From positions 1 to 25,349 of IMG/VR virus record IMGVR_UViG_3300011335_000312: 25,349 nucleotides of DNA; one strand, written 5' to 3'. A model generated the notes under the pieces. It was not told where the DNA came from. It did not search any database and saw nothing but the letters and a program-made list of their open reading frames with translations. The translations under genes and the position numbers were made by a program. This document shows, in pieces, positions 23,700-25,349 of this stretch (positions are counted from its first letter, which is position 1; each line of letters starts with the position of its first letter). This DNA is from a virus. Taxonomy: Duplodnaviria > Caudoviricetes.

Positions 23700-25349
23700 T
23701 ATCTATCGTCCTCGACCTGCGTATACTGCCATGTCGCTGCACTACACATCCAGATATTAGTGTTACTGGTATTACCAATTTCTAATGCGTTGACACGATA
23801 ACTATTTTGGTCAACTTGTATCCAGGGATTATCAGTGTTTAAGTTCATAGTAACAGCAGCCTGAGTAACAGGTTGTTGCCCAACACTTTGAGCACCTTCA
23901 ACTTTAACATCAATACTGCCTGTGCTGGGTATAATAACAATTTCATCCGTGCTGGTAAAAGGGGTAGCACCCATGTTAACTGCTTCAGGTAAAATCCTGT
24001 GTACCATCATCTTACCTGAATAATCAGGCAATAGTTTAATATTGTCTCTGCGGAACTTACTGACAATAACAGCACCTTCAATAAAACTATAACCATAGTC
24101 TTTTAAGATTGGCTGTTGATTTGCACTACCATTGGCATAGACCACAGTTCGGCTACCGCTGTTATATTCCCAGTATTGTTTAGTGCCATTGTATGTCCAG
24201 ATTGGACTTTCACATGCCATGGTTGCTCGGGTAACATCTCTGGGTGCGTTCCATACATCTATGTCATGTCTGTATGCTAACATCTTGTTGGGCACACCAT
24301 TGACAGCATTACGGTCTGGATAGTAAATCTCAATTTGGTTTTTTTGCGTGTTTGTTTCCATGAACACTCGGTCATAGTATTGTGGATCTAACTGATCGTA
24401 GAACCAGTTTTTGACACGCTGATTACCAATACCAGTAAAGTCTTGTCCGTCAAATACCCAGATATCTCTGGCATCAATACCATAGACCATTTTGTCTGTG
24501 TTAGCCCAGCAGTTAGCAGTTAATAATCCTCTGCCTTGATTAGCCAGACTGACACCCAAGATAGGTGCTGAAGTTGTGCTGTAGTTTAATGGGCTGAATA
24601 CAACTGTGTCCCAGTAACTGCATAAGAACAATTTACCAGCCGCAGGAAACGCATCCAAGGCTGCTCCTCGTAGGGGAACTTCTAACTGGTTGGCTACATT
24701 GGTAATAGTAGTCTGCCATGTTAATGGTGCTTCGTTTAATCCAAATGCCTGTGACCATTGAACAGTTACAGGATACTCACGCTGAGTGCCATCAAGTTCT
24801 GTGGCAGTTAATCCACCAGCCACTAATATACAACCCACATTGGGAGTATTGTATAGTCGCATAAACTTGGCATACACTGAACTCCAGTTTGGATTAAAGT
24901 TCCACGAATACGCTGGACTTACAGTTCCACCTGCATCAGGAAACGCACTTCCAGGAACAGCATAATAATCTATGGTTGTAGTAGTACTTGCAACAACTTC
25001 ATATTGTCCATTATAATACTGATTGACATCACTAATAAGAATATACTCACCAGCAAGATACGGTGCTGTGGCATATGCATCAATTAATGTTATGCGTTGA
25101 ATGTTGGGTGATAGATATGTTATACCACCTTTGCGTTTAATACTGGCTGGCAATATGTTACTATAACTAACTAGTTTAGGATATGGATCACTGACAGCAC
25201 CAGCAACCGTTTGCGGTCCTAGAGTTGAACCTGCGTAACTTATTGAGTTGTTAGTAACCGCAGTTGTAGTATACAATCCTCGGAATGCTATAGGCACTAT
25301 GCCTTCTATTAATACTTTTTGCCCAAGAGCAAATGGAGTATAGATATAA
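23699..25349 (-). CDS. Tail nozzle/DNA-stabilisation protein (P22 gp10-like beta-propeller), 5'-truncated
   Basis: Frame stays open from GTG 25297 to the window edge (YIYTPFALGQKVLIEGIVP...). VQWS, GRGLLTANC, IWVFDGQ...IGNQRV and IEIYYP...AY...W motifs of podovirus nozzles. Confidence 0.75.
   Translation of the reverse strand, partial: YIYTPFALGQKVLIEGIVPIAFRGLYTTTAVTNNSISYAGSTLGPQTVAGAVSDPYPKLVSYSNILPASIKRKGGITYLSPNIQRITLIDAYATAPYLAGEYILISDVNQYYNGQYEVVASTTTTIDYYAVPGSAFPDAGGTVSPAYSWNFNPNWSSVYAKFMRLYNTPNVGCILVAGGLTATELDGTQREYPVTVQWSQAFGLNEAPLTWQTTITNVANQLEVPLRGAALDAFPAAGKLFLCSYWDTVVFSPLNYSTTSAPILGVSLANQGRGLLTANCWANTDKMVYGIDARDIWVFDGQDFTGIGNQRVKNWFYDQLDPQYYDRVFMETNTQKNQIEIYYPDRNAVNGVPNKMLAYRHDIDVWNAPRDVTRATMACESPIWTYNGTKQYWEYNSGSRTVVYANGSANQQPILKDYGYSFIEGAVIVSKFRRDNIKLLPDYSGKMMVHRILPEAVNMGATPFTSTDEIVIIPSTGSIDVKVEGAQSVGQQPVTQAAVTMNLNTDNPWIQVDQNSYRVNALEIGNTSNTNIWMCSAATWQYTQVEDDR

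Noticed and set aside
464-23701. No accepted gene ends in TAG, suggesting possible stop-codon recoding
   Set aside because: All genes are full length under the standard code with no in-frame TAG, and no suppressor tRNA is visible. TAA preference is expected in AT-rich DNA.
1-25349. Window ends joining into one circular gene, since both ends fall in a similar beta module
   Set aside because: There is no terminal sequence overlap. The left gene begins like a fibre, while the right gene is a nozzle that appears to lack its own N-terminal part.

Overview
A gene-dense, AT-rich (~40% GC by eye) segment of a tailed dsDNA phage with podovirus-type architecture. Almost everything is on the - strand. 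Reading right to left: tail nozzle/stabilisation protein (5'-truncated), two further virion genes, three ejection-type internal proteins (one with a lytic transglycosylase domain), a divergent Dps, a lone + strand GNAT-fold gene, a TerS-like gene, a cluster of basic low-complexity proteins, terminase large subunit, portal, scaffold, major capsid protein, head-tail adaptor and two tail-fibre genes (the last 3'-truncated). I recognise no replication, RNA polymerase, sigma factor, integrase, lysis, tRNA or CRISPR features. The most striking signal is non-coding. A T4-late-promoter-like box (TAAATA, twice the full TATAAATA) sits in ten gene junctions, and in six it lies exactly 5-6 nt before an ATG, implying leaderless mRNAs. 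The fibre genes also carry modules I associate with T4-like/large myophages, and the ejection genes run straight into the packaging genes. Together this suggests, as an inference, a podophage that builds its own virion but may borrow late transcription from a T4-like or jumbo helper phage.
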